Below are positions 12,654-25,929 of a stretch of DNA of 64,000 nucleotides, in pieces. This DNA is from the human T2T-CHM13v2.0 reference genome, Homo sapiens: assembly GCF_009914755.1 (NCBI RefSeq), contig NC_060946.1; one strand, written 5' to 3'. A program made the position numbers and the translations under genes. How positions within the stretch are numbered: the stretch's first letter is position 1; each line of letters opens with the position of its first letter. The notes below the pieces were generated by a model. The model saw nothing but the letters and a program-made list of their open reading frames with translations, searched no databases and was not told the origin of the DNA.

Positions 12654-13146
12654 ATGGCCTGGAATCCTCTCCTCCTCCTGTTCCTCTCTCACTGCACAGG
12701 TAGGAAAAGGCCTCAGAGACCAGGGTCAGCCACACAGCCTGATTCTGACTCTTGTGTCAAAGATCACTAAAAAAAATATTACCTTGGTTTCTGTCTTAAA
12801 GCCTATATATGCCTGTGTTCCAGGTTCCCTCTCGCAGCCTGTGCTGACTCAGCCAACTTCCCTCTCAGCATCTCCTGGAGCATCAGCCAGACTCACCTGC
12901 ACCTTGCGCAGTGGCATCAATCTTGGTAGCTACAGGATATTCTGGTACCAGCAGAAGCCAGAGAGCCCTCCCCGGTATCTCCTGAGCTACTACTCAGACT
13001 CAAGTAAGCATCAGGGCTCTGGAGTCCCCAGCCGCTTCTCTGGATCCAAAGATGCTTCGAGCAATGCAGGGATTTTAGTCATCTCTGGGCTCCAGTCTGA
13101 GGATGAGGCTGACTATTACTGTATGATTTGGCACAGCAGTGCTTCT
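12654..13146 (+). CDS. IGLV5-48: Ig lambda V gene segment, open frame with defective RSS (leader 12654-12699, V exon 12824-13146)
   Basis: QPVLTQPTSLSASPGASARLTCTLRSGINLGSYRIFW...SYYSDSSKHQGSG...YYCMIWHSSAS. Confidence 0.93.
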
Positions 13147-13185
13147 TACAGTGACACACACAGATGGGGAAGTGGGACAAAAACT
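13147..13185 (+). other. Defective V-RSS of IGLV5-48
   Basis: TACAGTG + 23-nt spacer + ACAAAAACT. Confidence 0.92.
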
Positions 13186-14076
13186 TCACCCTGATCTGGG
13201 TCTTGTTCTGTAACAGTTTTTAAATTTTAAAATAACCAGCCAAGGGACAAACTAAATTTGGAAATAACTTTCTAGTTGTAAAAGGCTCTTCTCTCAATTT
13301 CCCATCCATTCTTCTGAAGTCTCAGTAAAACAAAACCAAACCAAAGCACCTGATGACCCTGAAGTGTTGGCTGGTTGTCCATATGTGCTAACACCACTGC
13401 CTGCGGAGCTGGACTTTTGTTCTTGAAAGAAGCAAAATGAGGCTTTCCTAGCTCACATCATAGTCAGAGCCTGGGGACATCCTAGCAGGTGAACAGTCCC
13501 CTACAGCATGGACTCTGCTCTTCCAGCGTACAAGCAGAGACCTCCCCTTCCATCCCCACTAGTCTGTTCTCAGGGCTGTCTGAGGCTCACTGTGTCCCAG
13601 GAACAAGGCACTCAAATATGAAATGCTGCCTGAGGACACAGGTCAGGGAATTCCAGATATAGTGCTGACCTGGCTCAGTCCTGGGTACCTGCATTTCAGT
13701 GGAAATGTCAGGAGATGGGATTACGTCTGAGGGTAACTGTGGACCTGAGGCCGGTAAACCTCTATGTAGGACATGAGAGAGTCAAGGGGAGGCTCCACCA
13801 TGGCTGAGGCAAGGCTGAGGCTGCTCCTTGGCCATGGGGGAAGTAGGTCCCAGGGATGTGACTTTCCTGCAGCTCATTCCACTCAGGACCACGGGGACTG
13901 CTGAGGGTGGGTTTGCTGATCCCTCAGGGCCTGTGTTCTCTTCTCCTCTATTGCACCATTGGAGGTTCTCACTGAGTCAGGTTCTAGTAGTGAGTCTGTG
14001 GAACATCTGGGTACAGATACTGTTTGCTTCAAGTGACTCCTCCCCAGGAAACTCTTGAGAAGGCCCCCATCTCAAT

Positions 14077-14337
14077 GTCACCTTTTTCTGCATGGGGAGC
14101 AGCAGAAACATTGGGCATTCCCTCCCAGAAAGAGCCCCTAATTTTGTGACTTAGGACATCAGCGATTGTCCCTCAGGGGTCCAAGCCTGATTCTCCTGCT
14201 CTGGGTTTATTCCCACAGCCTCCTGGACAACTTCTGCGCTCCAGCCTGAGGACTGGCTGGTTATCAGTGTCACACAGCTGCATCCTGACTCCATGTTACC
14301 AAGGGTTCCTATTCCATGGGGAAATGAGAGAAAGATC
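14077..14337 (+). pseudogene. Highly degenerate V-lambda relic downstream of V5 (copy 1)
   Basis: gtcacctttttctgcatggggagcagc (VTFFCMGSS), ccctcaggggtc (PSGV), ctccagcctgaggac (LQPED), then an RSS-like 23-nt spacer; candidate leader ccaccATGGCT at 13800. Confidence 0.7.
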
Positions 14338-15782
14338 TGCCCCACTCATCCTCTCTGCCCCATCCCTCCTTTATCCTTGCCTGTGACCAACACCAGTTCA
14401 TGCCAAGACTTTTACTGTCACTTGTGTTACTGAAAGCAGAGCAAGGGTGCAGGGATGATAACTCCTTTTCTTACTGGTCTCCCCAATGGAAACAGAATCA
14501 ACTTGTTTCTAGAAGCAAAAGGAGCTGCCCACACATGGTGGGTGTGGATGAGGTGGGGATGACAAGAAAGAATCCAGCCAGTGTGACCCAGAAGTCCAGG
14601 AGCCTTCAGCCTGGTCCCACAGGTGTCCTCTCCTTTTGGTGCAGGTGTGCTGATCATTTCCTGAGCTCTGAATCTGTGGGAAAGATGACAAGAAAGGAGA
14701 ATCCAGCCTGTGTGACCCAAGACCCATATGTGAGAGCGGAAGTCTGACACTTAAGAAAACGTGGGCTCAGCATTCTGAGAGGTCTGGATCTGGCTCGGCC
14801 TAGAGCTGCTCTAGAAGAGAAGCAAGAGAAATGCTCAGCCTTAGGTGGCCCAGGCACAGTGGTCCTGTCAAAGGTCTGAGCTCTCTGCAACATGGATATC
14901 CTGCAGAGACATCCTTGGGAGGCTGTGATCCTAGAATGATGTAAAAATGCTAATGGAAGTGAGCAGGGGATGGTTTATGGAGGAATGAGGAGATGGGTGT
15001 GGGGTCAGATGTGGTAAGGAGGGTGCACCCTGAAGAGGAGACTGTCCATTGTGACTCATAGGAGAAGGATGCCCGGGGCCTAGGGCAGTGACAAAAAGAG
15101 GACCTGGAAGGACCGGCACCCTGAAGACACGTAGAGACTGGGGTTTGGTTTGTCTGTGAGGGTTCCTGAGGAGAATCACATAAAAAATCCACAGTCAGTG
15201 TCTTCTGTCCAGGGCTCACTGTCGCAACTGTTGCCCCTTCCTTCCAGATCCTCTGGGTGTCCAGGTTCCTTAGCCGTGGATCTGCTCCTCTCTCTGCCCT
15301 CAGCCTAAGAGCTGATGGGGCATCCACCAGGAAGCGCATCCGTGGGCAGGGAGGAGGCCGTGGGCAGCCTTCTCCTGTATGTGAGACACTGCTCAGCCTC
15401 GGTGACCCCCTGTTCATTAAGGTGGGAGGAAAGGAAAACAAAATTCACTGTGAACATCTATGCATCATCAAAGAAAAAGCAATGAGAAGAAACAGGAAGT
15501 GAAGCCCAGCTCTAATAGTTTATTTCTACTTGGAAATAAATAAAACAATATGCCTGATGTGTTATATAAACACAATAAACTTTTTATAAAAACTATGAAA
15601 ATTATGTAAAGGAGCATGGCTTACACTAAAAGGAACATTTAAAATAATGACACCCTTGAAATGCAATCCCAAAACACAGCATCCATTTTATTTCAGTTAC
15701 ATATACGGACTGGTTTTATTTAAATGCCTGCAATAAATCTCACTATTTTGTTGTTTAAATGGAGCATTTAAAATCTCATTGT

Positions 15783-16105
<323 letters not shown>

Positions 16106-17170
16106 TCATTGTATTGCAACTGTCTGATGATACATTCACAAGTATAAATATCAACATAACCATCCAGCTGTTTCCCTCCATCCACGTAAAATTCCCCAAA
16201 CAAATATTTGTTAAGAGTCCAGGGTGTATCATGCCAGAACTCATGCAATCATAAACACAATCTATTTCATTTTTCATTTTGATTAACAGAATTATCTTTT
16301 TTCTTAAGATTATTGTTTTTAGTTTATTAGATTCTAGATGTCATTACAGACCAAAGATGAATAATTTTCATCATCTTCAAGCCACCCCCACAAGACTCAC
16401 TACTGAATTTGAACCATAATTTTTCCCTGGAAATCCTAGTTGGGGTGCTCGATGCTAAGAGCTATCACATATCAGGCTCACCTGAGGACAGACTCTGGTC
16501 GTCAAACCAAGTTAAAATTTTAATTCTTCCCATGTTCAAAGACTGAACATCTTTGCTCTTTTTGCTCATAAGTGAAACACTCCAAAGACATTTGCCAGGA
16601 TCCCCCACAGACTGGCATTCAGTGCTTGGAGGACAGACTCCTAGGCAAGATCCTTGGTCACAGTATCCGGATGACTATGACTGCAAATCTGGGGAAGTAG
16701 AGGGAGAACAAAGATTTACCAGGAAAACCCTCTGGGAATTCCTCCCCAGGGCATCCCAGAGGTAAGAGCTCCCTTTCTCCTCAGCGCAGCAGGATCCACA
16801 GAGGAAGTGGAGCCCTGGCCACCAGGGAGGAGTCACATGAGAGGAGAGGACCCGGTGTCCAACACTGGTGGGGAAGTGAGTCCATGGGGCCGGTCCCCGC
16901 TCTGGGCTTGATCCTGAAATAAAAGGACTTTGTGTAGACATCACCTGAGTCCTCTACAATGTACAGCCAAAGAGCCATAGACAGATTCACTCCTGAGGAG
17001 TCCAGTAGAGCGTGAAGACTGCCCTGAGGTCACAGGAGGGAGACACAGGTGCCACCTTACTGGGCCGGGACTTGGGAGCGGGGGCAGTGGCCAGAAAACA
17101 GGGCGGGGCGGAGGCAGCGGTGAATCTCAGAGGCTCTGGTCACCTGATCACAGAACGGTTTGCCTTAGTC

Positions 17171-17189
17171 TGGACACTAGGGGGCGCTT
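17171..17189 (+). promoter_or_regulatory. CTCF-like motif upstream of IGLV1-47
   Basis: TGGACACTAGGGGGCGCTT, a near-consensus core. Confidence 0.7.
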
Positions 17190-17401
17190 GGGGACCATTT
17201 CTGAGAAGACTTGGGGTAATCAGAGCAGAACCAGGCACCTGCCCTGCCTGATGTCCTCTGCTCAGGGCTGGCAGCTGTGTCCTGTGTCCTCCCCACCCCC
17301 TGGGACCACAAAGCTCCACCCCTGCCACACCCTGACATACTCAAGCCCAGGAGCCTGACCCAGGGCTCAGGGTGGGGTCAAAAACCCGGGGGGGGGGTCT
17401 G

Positions 17402-17409
17402 ATTTGCAT
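17402..17409 (+). promoter_or_regulatory. Ig octamer, IGLV1-47 promoter
   Basis: ATTTGCAT, preceded by a G10 run. Confidence 0.9.
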
Positions 17410-17511
17410 GGATGGACTCTCCCCCTCTCAGAGTATGAAGAGAGGGAGAGATCTGGGGGAAGCTCAGCTTCAGCTGTGGTAGAGAAGACAGGATTCAGGA
17501 CAATCTCCAGC

Positions 17512-17979
17512 ATGGCCGGCTTCCCTCTCCTCCTCACCCTCCTCACTCACTGTGCAGGTGACAGGATGGGGACCAAGAGAGGGGCCCTGGGAAGCCCATG
17601 GGGCCCTGCTTTCTCCTCTTGTCTCCTTTTGTCTCTTGTCAATCGCCATGTCTGTGTCTCTCTCACTTCCAGGGTCCTGGGCCCAGTCTGTGCTGACTCA
17701 GCCACCCTCAGCGTCTGGGACCCCCGGGCAGAGGGTCACCATCTCTTGTTCTGGAAGCAGCTCCAACATCGGAAGTAATTATGTATACTGGTACCAGCAG
17801 CTCCCAGGAACGGCCCCCAAACTCCTCATCTATAGGAATAATCAGCGGCCCTCAGGGGTCCCTGACCGATTCTCTGGCTCCAAGTCTGGCACCTCAGCCT
17901 CCCTGGCCATCAGTGGGCTCCGGTCCGAGGATGAGGCTGATTATTACTGTGCAGCATGGGATGACAGCCTGAGTGGTCC
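17512..17979 (+). CDS. IGLV1-47: Ig lambda V gene segment (leader 17512-17557, V exon 17673-17979)
   Basis: [15 protein letters not shown]|[40 protein letters not shown]...IYRNNQRPS...[20 protein letters not shown]. Confidence 0.97.
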
Positions 17980-18018
17980 CACAGTGCTCCAGGCCCAGGG
18001 GGAACTGAGACAAGAACC
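17980..18018 (+). other. 23-RSS of IGLV1-47
   Basis: CACAGTG-23nt-ACAAGAACC. Confidence 0.95.
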
Positions 18019-19044
18019 CCCTTCCTCCTCTGTCAGGAGGGTGAGCCCCGGCAGCTGCTGCTCAGGCCCGGCCTGTGGCTTCTGCTGCTGTAGCTTCCCC
18101 CATGGGTCCAGGGGCATCCAGGGCCCTGCCTGAGAGTGGAGGCTCCTCCTCCCCTTCATCCTCAGAGTCATGAACAGGGTGTCCAGGAAACAGAACATCT
18201 TGCTTCCTGCAACTTGGGACACAGGGTCTCTGCACTGAAGTCCTGGACTGAGGTGGCAGGTACAGCTGTGTCGTCACAGACCCACCTCTGATGGGAAACC
18301 TGTGTCTCTGTCATCCTCCTTTTCCCATTTCCAGGAGTTTCCAGAGTGGTGTCTTCCTCCCCCTGCTCCTCAGTGTGAATCCCTGTGCTTCCTTTCTCTC
18401 CAGCCAATTCTTTTTTTAATAAAACTCCTTTCATGTAGGAATAATGCATATTTAATAAACCACCCAGATTTATAATAGGAAATTAGACAAATGTTGACAT
18501 TTTTTGATCCTTGAATACATCACCACCAACACGCAGCTATGCAACCTGTGACCAACCCCAGCAACCCCTCATGACCCCTTGTCATCTCCCTCCCTCCCTT
18601 CCCCGGTGCTATCCTGTGCAGCCACAGATCTGTCTCTGTCACTATTGTTTGCTTTCCATTTTTTGGAATGTATCAGTGTTATCAGACATTATCTTCCCAT
18701 TTGTTCTGGCTTTTTTCACACTGCAAACTCCTTTTGGGATTCTTCCTGTTCTCGCTGAATTGCACCCATCCCATAGAGGGCTCATTACTACCTTTGAGGG
18801 CCTTTAGGTTGATTATTCCTGATTTTGTTTATTTATTTTAAAGTTTGAATTTATCGTCCATCAAAATCAAACTCTTGGAGTTATGTTCATCTAAGGTGAC
18901 AGGAGAGTCTGTGATGTCTTGTCGGGATTCTTGCTTCTTCATCTCTTGCCTCTGGTTCTGTCTATATTGGAAGAGGTTCTCATATTCTATTTATTTACTT
19001 ATTTATTTATTTGGGTTTTTAAGGATTTCAGTGTTTTTTTCTCT

Positions 19045-22000
19045 TTAATTATTAATTTTTTTATTTTAATAGGTTTTTAGGGAATCGGTGGTATTTGGTT
19101 ACATAAATAAGTTCTTTAGTTGTGATTTCTAAGATATTGGTGCACTCATCACCCAAGTAGCGTACAGTGTACCCAGTGAGTAGTCTTTTATCCCTCACCC
19201 CGCTTCTACCATTTCCTCCCAGTCCTCAAAGTCCATTGTATCATTGTTATGCCTTTGTGTTCTCATAGCTTATCTCCCACTTATGAGTGAGAATATGCCA
19301 TGCTTTGTTTTCAATTCCTGAGTTACTGCACTTAGAATAACAGTCCCCAATTCTATCCAGGTTGCTGGGAATGCCATTATTTTGTTCCTTTTTATGGCTG
19401 CATAGTATTCCATGGTATGCATATATTTAACATTTCCTTTATCCATTTGTTGATTTATGGGCATTTGGGCTGGTTCCATGTTCTTGCAATTGCAAATTGT
19501 GCTGCTATAAACATGCGTGTGCAACTATCTTTTTTGAATAATGATTTCTTTTTCTCTGGGTACATGCCTAGTCCCAGATTTTGGGACTTTGCTGGATCAA
19601 AGGGTACATCTATTTTTAGTTCCTTAAGGAATCTGTTTTCCATAGTGGTTGTACTAGTTTACCTTCCCACCACCAGTGTAAAAGTGTTTTGTTTTCACCA
19701 CATCCATGCCAACATCTATTATTGGCCATTCTTGCGGTATTAAGGTGGTATTGTATTGTAGTTTTGATTGGCATTTCCCTGATCATTAGTGATGCTGTTC
19801 ATTTTTCTTTATGTCTGTTGGCCATTCGTATATCTTCTTTTGAGAATTTTTATTTATGCCTTTAGCCTACTTTTTGATGAGATTGTTTAGTTTTTTTCTT
19901 GATAATTTGTTTGAATTCTTTGTAGATGCTAGCCCTTAGTCATTAGGTGGATATGTAGATTGTGAAGATTTTCTTCCACTCGGTGGGCTGTCTGTTAACT
20001 CTGCTGATTATTTCTTTTGCTGTGAAGAAGCTTTTTAGTTTAATTAGGTCCCATCTATTTATCTTTGTTCTTGTTGCATTTGCTTTTGGGTTCTTGGTCA
20101 TGAAGTCTTTGCCTAAACCAATGTCTAGAAGGGTTTTTCTGATGTTATCTTCTAGAATTTTTATTGTTTCAGGCCTTAGATTTAACTCTTTGATTCATCT
20201 TGAGTTGATTTTTGTATAAGCTGAGAGATGAGGATCCAGGTTTATTCTTTCACATTTGGCTTGCCAATTATCCCAGCACCATTTCTTGAACAGGGTGTCC
20301 TAGAGTATAGTTTGAAGTTAGGTAACCTGATGCCTCTGGATATGCTTTTTGTTGTTGTTGTTGTTTGTTTGTTTTTTCTTAGTCTTGCTTTGGCTATGCA
20401 GGCTCTTTTTTGGTTCCGTATGAATTTTAGGATTGTTTTTTCTAGTTCTGTGATAACTGATGTTGGTATTTTGATGGGAATTGCATTGAATTTGTAGATT
20501 GCTTTTGGTAGTATGATCATTTTCACAATATTGATTCTACCCATTCATGAGCATGGGATGTGTTTTTATTTGTTTGTGTCATCTATGATTTCTTTCAGCA
20601 GTGTTTTGTAGTTTTCTTTGTAGAGTTCTTTAATCTCCTTGGTTAGGTATATTCCTAAGTATTTTTTTTTTTGCAGCTATTTGTTAAAGGGGTTGAGTTC
20701 TTGATTTGATATTCAGCTTGGTCCCTGTTGTTGTATTTGTGTGCCTTAATTTTGTATCCCGAAACTTTGCTGAATTCATTCACCAGTTCTCGGAGCTTTT
20801 TGAATGAGTCTTTAAAGTTTTCTAGGTATACGATCTTATTATAAGCAAACAATGACAGTTTTACTTCCTCTTTACCAATTTGGATGCCCTTAATTTCTTT
20901 CTCTTGTCTGATTGCTCTGGCTAAGACTTCCAGAACTATGTTGAACAGAAGTGGTGAAAGTGGGCATTCTGTCTTGTTCCGGTTCTCGGAAGAAATGCTT
21001 TTAAGTTTTTTCTGTTCAGTATAATGTTGGCTGTGGGTTTGTAATAGAGGGCTTTCATTACCATAAGGTATGTCTCTTCTATGCCAGTTTTGCAGAGGGT
21101 TTTAATCATGAAGTGATGATGGATTTTATCAAGTACTTTTTCTGCATCGATTGAGATAATCTGTGATTTTTGTTCTTAATTCTGTTTATGTGGTATATTA
21201 CATTTATTGACTTTGTATGTTAAACCATCCCTGCATCCTTGGTAAGAAACCCACTTCATCATGGTGGACTATGATTTGATAGCTGTTGGATTGGGTTAGC
21301 AAGTATTTAGTTTAGGATTTTTGCATCTATGTTCATCAGGGATATAGGTCTGTAGTTTTCTTGTTTTGTTATGTCCTTCCCTCATTTTGGTTTTAGGGTG
21401 ACACTGGCTTCATAGAATAATTTATTCCCTCTTTCTCCATCCTGTGGATTAATGTATTAGTATTCTCCAGAGGGAAAGAACTAATGGAATATATATATAT
21501 ATGAGTTTATTAAGTATTAACTCACATAATCACAAGTCACACAATAGGCCATCTGCAGGGTGAGGAGCAAGGAGAGCCAGTCCATGTTCCAAAACTGAAG
21601 AGCTTGGAGTCCAATGTTCAAGGGCAGGAAGCATCCAGCACTGGAGAATGATGTAGGGTGGGAGACTAAGCCAATCTCTCTTTCACATTTTTCTGTCTGC
21701 TTATATTCTAGCCATGCTGGCATCTGATTAGATTGTGCACCCCCAGGTTAAGGGCGGGTCTGCCTATCCCAGCCCACTTACTCAAATGTTAGTCTCTTTG
21801 GCAAAACCCTCACAGACACACTGAGGATCAATACTTTGTATCCTTCAATCCAATAAAGTTGACACTCAATATTAACCATCGCAATTACTGTCATAGACTT
21901 GGTACCAATTCTTCTTTCAATGTCTGATAGAATTCAAAAGTGAATCTGTCTGGTCCTGGACTTTTTTCGGGGGTTGACTTTTTAAAATTATTATTTCAAT

Positions 22001-22360
22001 CTCACTGCTTGTTATTGGTCTGTTCAGAGTTTCTACATCTTCCTGGTTTAATCTAGGAGGGTTGTATATATTCAGATATTTATCAGTCTTCTCTAGGTTT
22101 TTCAGATTATGTGCATATTATCTTTTATATAGTTTTTTTGTTTTAATTTTATTTAGTTCTGGTCTAATCTTTGTTATTTCTTTTCTTCTGCTGAGTTTGG
22201 GTTTGCATTGTTCTTGATCCTCCAGTTTCATGAGGTGTGACCTTAGATGGTCTGTTTGTGCTCTTTCAGGCTTTTTGATGTATGTATTTAATGCTAAACT
22301 TTTCCCTTAGCACTGCCTTTGCTGTATCCTGGAGGTTTTGATAGGTTGTATCAAGATTTA
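19045..22360 (-). mobile_element. L1 (L1PB-like) 3' portion, decayed ORF2, interrupted by an MLT2 LTR
   Basis: Minus-strand ORF2 peptides [26 protein letters not shown] and CTRMFIAAQFAIARTWNQPKCP; L1 3'UTR near 19.1-19.4 kb. Confidence 0.9.
21453..21882 (-). mobile_element. MLT2 (HERV-L) solo LTR inside L1
   Basis: tgtattagtattctccagaggg...aagttgacactcaatattaaccatcgca; imperfect 5-bp TSD ATTAA/ATTAC. Confidence 0.8.
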
Positions 22361-23670
22361 GAACTACTGCAACCTTACTATTGACCAACAGGTTTTTAAT
22401 TCCTAAGAGTGTGACCTCACTGAATCCTGACAACAGCTTTATGATTGCTTTTCATGCAGTAGGCCCTGGTTAGAGAGGGGAGTGCTTGTGGCCTGGAGGT
22501 AGGATTCTGCAATTTATCAAATAAAAACACTGGAGGTCAGTTAAATTTGAATTCAGTAAAACAATGACAAAGAATTAGTATGTGTTAGTATCTCCCACAC
22601 AATATTTTTCAGTTGAAATACAACTTATCTGGGTGCCCTGTCGTTTATCTGCCAACTCCTCACAGGATTCAAGGCTTGGAAGAGGGAGTGTTGGGGCTGG
22701 CCTCGTCTTACTGATGCCAGTTCTATGAGATGAACCTCAAAGGCAGAGCTTCTCTAACACAGCTACCCTCAAGAAAGCATGTCAGTTAGCACTAAATACA
22801 TGGTATAAGTTCCTCAATCAATAGTGCCTACTCACTTCCCTAATTCTTCTTTGTATTATTCTTCAAGTCTGCAGACTCAAGACCTCTGCTGGGGTTGCTG
22901 CAGCCAGAGTTCTGGATGAGGGACCTCATAAGCCTTTCAAAACCAGACGCAAGGGGACTACTCAGTCCCCACGCAGCGGGACTTAAGCCAGGGGTAAATA
23001 AGTAAGAAATGGAAGAACTCAGCATGGCTCTCCCTTTGTCCAGTGAGACAGCAAACTCCAGGGTCCTTTTGATGCTGAAGGTGCGTGGGCTGAGAGTAGG
23101 GGGAGACCCACCCTGAGAGCCCAGAACTTCCAGGACAGGACTTGCCAGTCTGAAAAGGGGCCACACTCTTGAGTGGGGAAGAAGGAGGCATCTCTCGCCA
23201 CAGGCCTGCTTTTCTGGTGGCTTCCCCTTCACCAAACTGTGCTCTCTGCTCTGATGTCTATCAGAGAATCTCCTTCAGTGAGACTAAGATCCCAGGACTT
23301 TACTAAAAATAACAGCATGAACCAGATAGATTTGTAATGGTACCAGAATTCTCTGCAGAGCAATGAGTACAAATGCAGCTTAACAAAGGCCCTCACACTC
23401 ATAACTGAAAGGCTCAGTAGGTCTGGGTCTGGGGCAGTACTGGGTGCTGTAGGCTTGTCCTTGAGGCATCTACAAGTAAGAACAACTGGGAAGCCATCCT
23501 GCTGTGACCCTGTATCATCTGCTCACTGCTCACTGGGCTCAGCAGCTGTGTCCTCACAGGGAACCAGGTTCAGCCAACCTGGCCTTCTCCACCCCACCTA
23601 GGACATGTATTCCGGTGACTGTCTGGACTGAGGTTCTATGAAGGGACTGGCAGACAAGAAGAGGGGGCTG

Positions 23671-23678
23671 ATTTGCAT
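23671..23678 (+). promoter_or_regulatory. Orphan Ig-type octamer (possible vestigial V promoter)
   Basis: ggggctgATTTGCATga context as in V1 promoters; the paralog at 51621 reads ATTTGCTT. Confidence 0.5.
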
Positions 23679-24309
23679 GAAGAAACCATTGCACACCCTT
23701 TCCTTTCATCTAAAACCCATTAATGGATACTCTGGGGCCACCCACAGAAGTCTAGCTTGTCTCCTAAATTTGAGAGTTAGGAAGGAGTCATTTCTTATCA
23801 ATCTACAGGTAGAGGGGCCATCAGCAGCAGAGGGCCAGAGTGAGGGAGAAACTGGCTTCGAGAGACTCATCAACACAGCCACCAACTCTTGGACAAATGG
23901 GGCACTTGCTATAACAGTCACCCCAAGCTACTCACAGGAGCCTGAGCCTAGTCCCCTCACCTTATTGCTTCTGATTCTGGTCCATGCCTCTGTTTTCCCT
24001 GGACTCTTTGCCCATGTCTGAGTCCAGGGAGGCAGGGGTAGCTCCATCTCAGTCAAAATCTATGTATATGTAACAGCTACTATGGCTTGGAGCAGAGTCC
24101 ACTGTTGTACCTATGAGGGCCTATCCTGCTCCACCATCCCCTTACACAGGTGACAACTGCTATGTTTCTGATGGACTGACCCTTTTCCCCTGGAAGACAC
24201 AAGGTATTTATTCCTTTCTAACACAAGGCATATAGTGGAGGGGGTAGGGGTGGGTGTGAAGCAGAGTGGCTTTTCCAGATATAATGCAGTAAGGCCCTGG
24301 TTACAGAAG

Positions 24310-25760
<1,451 letters not shown>

Positions 25761-25929
25761 TTATATTTGGTGCAGTTTCTCTACTTACAAGAACAATAAA
25801 AATATACAGGACTAGGAGAGTGTGCCTGAGTAGCCAGGACACCCTTCCTTCTGTGCCAGCCCCACAGCATCCTAACAGACCAATAGAGTTGGAGGTACCT
25901 CATTACAGGTGACACAAAATAACATGAGA

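Noticed and set aside
14558-14720. ~126-nt spaced repeat gatgacaagaaag...aatccagc..gtgtgaccca
   Set aside because: Two-copy old local duplication also present in the paralog; no array structure or functional sign.
22500-22660. Imperfect palindromic segment, paralog ~50430
   Set aside because: Looks like an ordinary MER3/MER33-type DNA transposon relic; too decayed to call.
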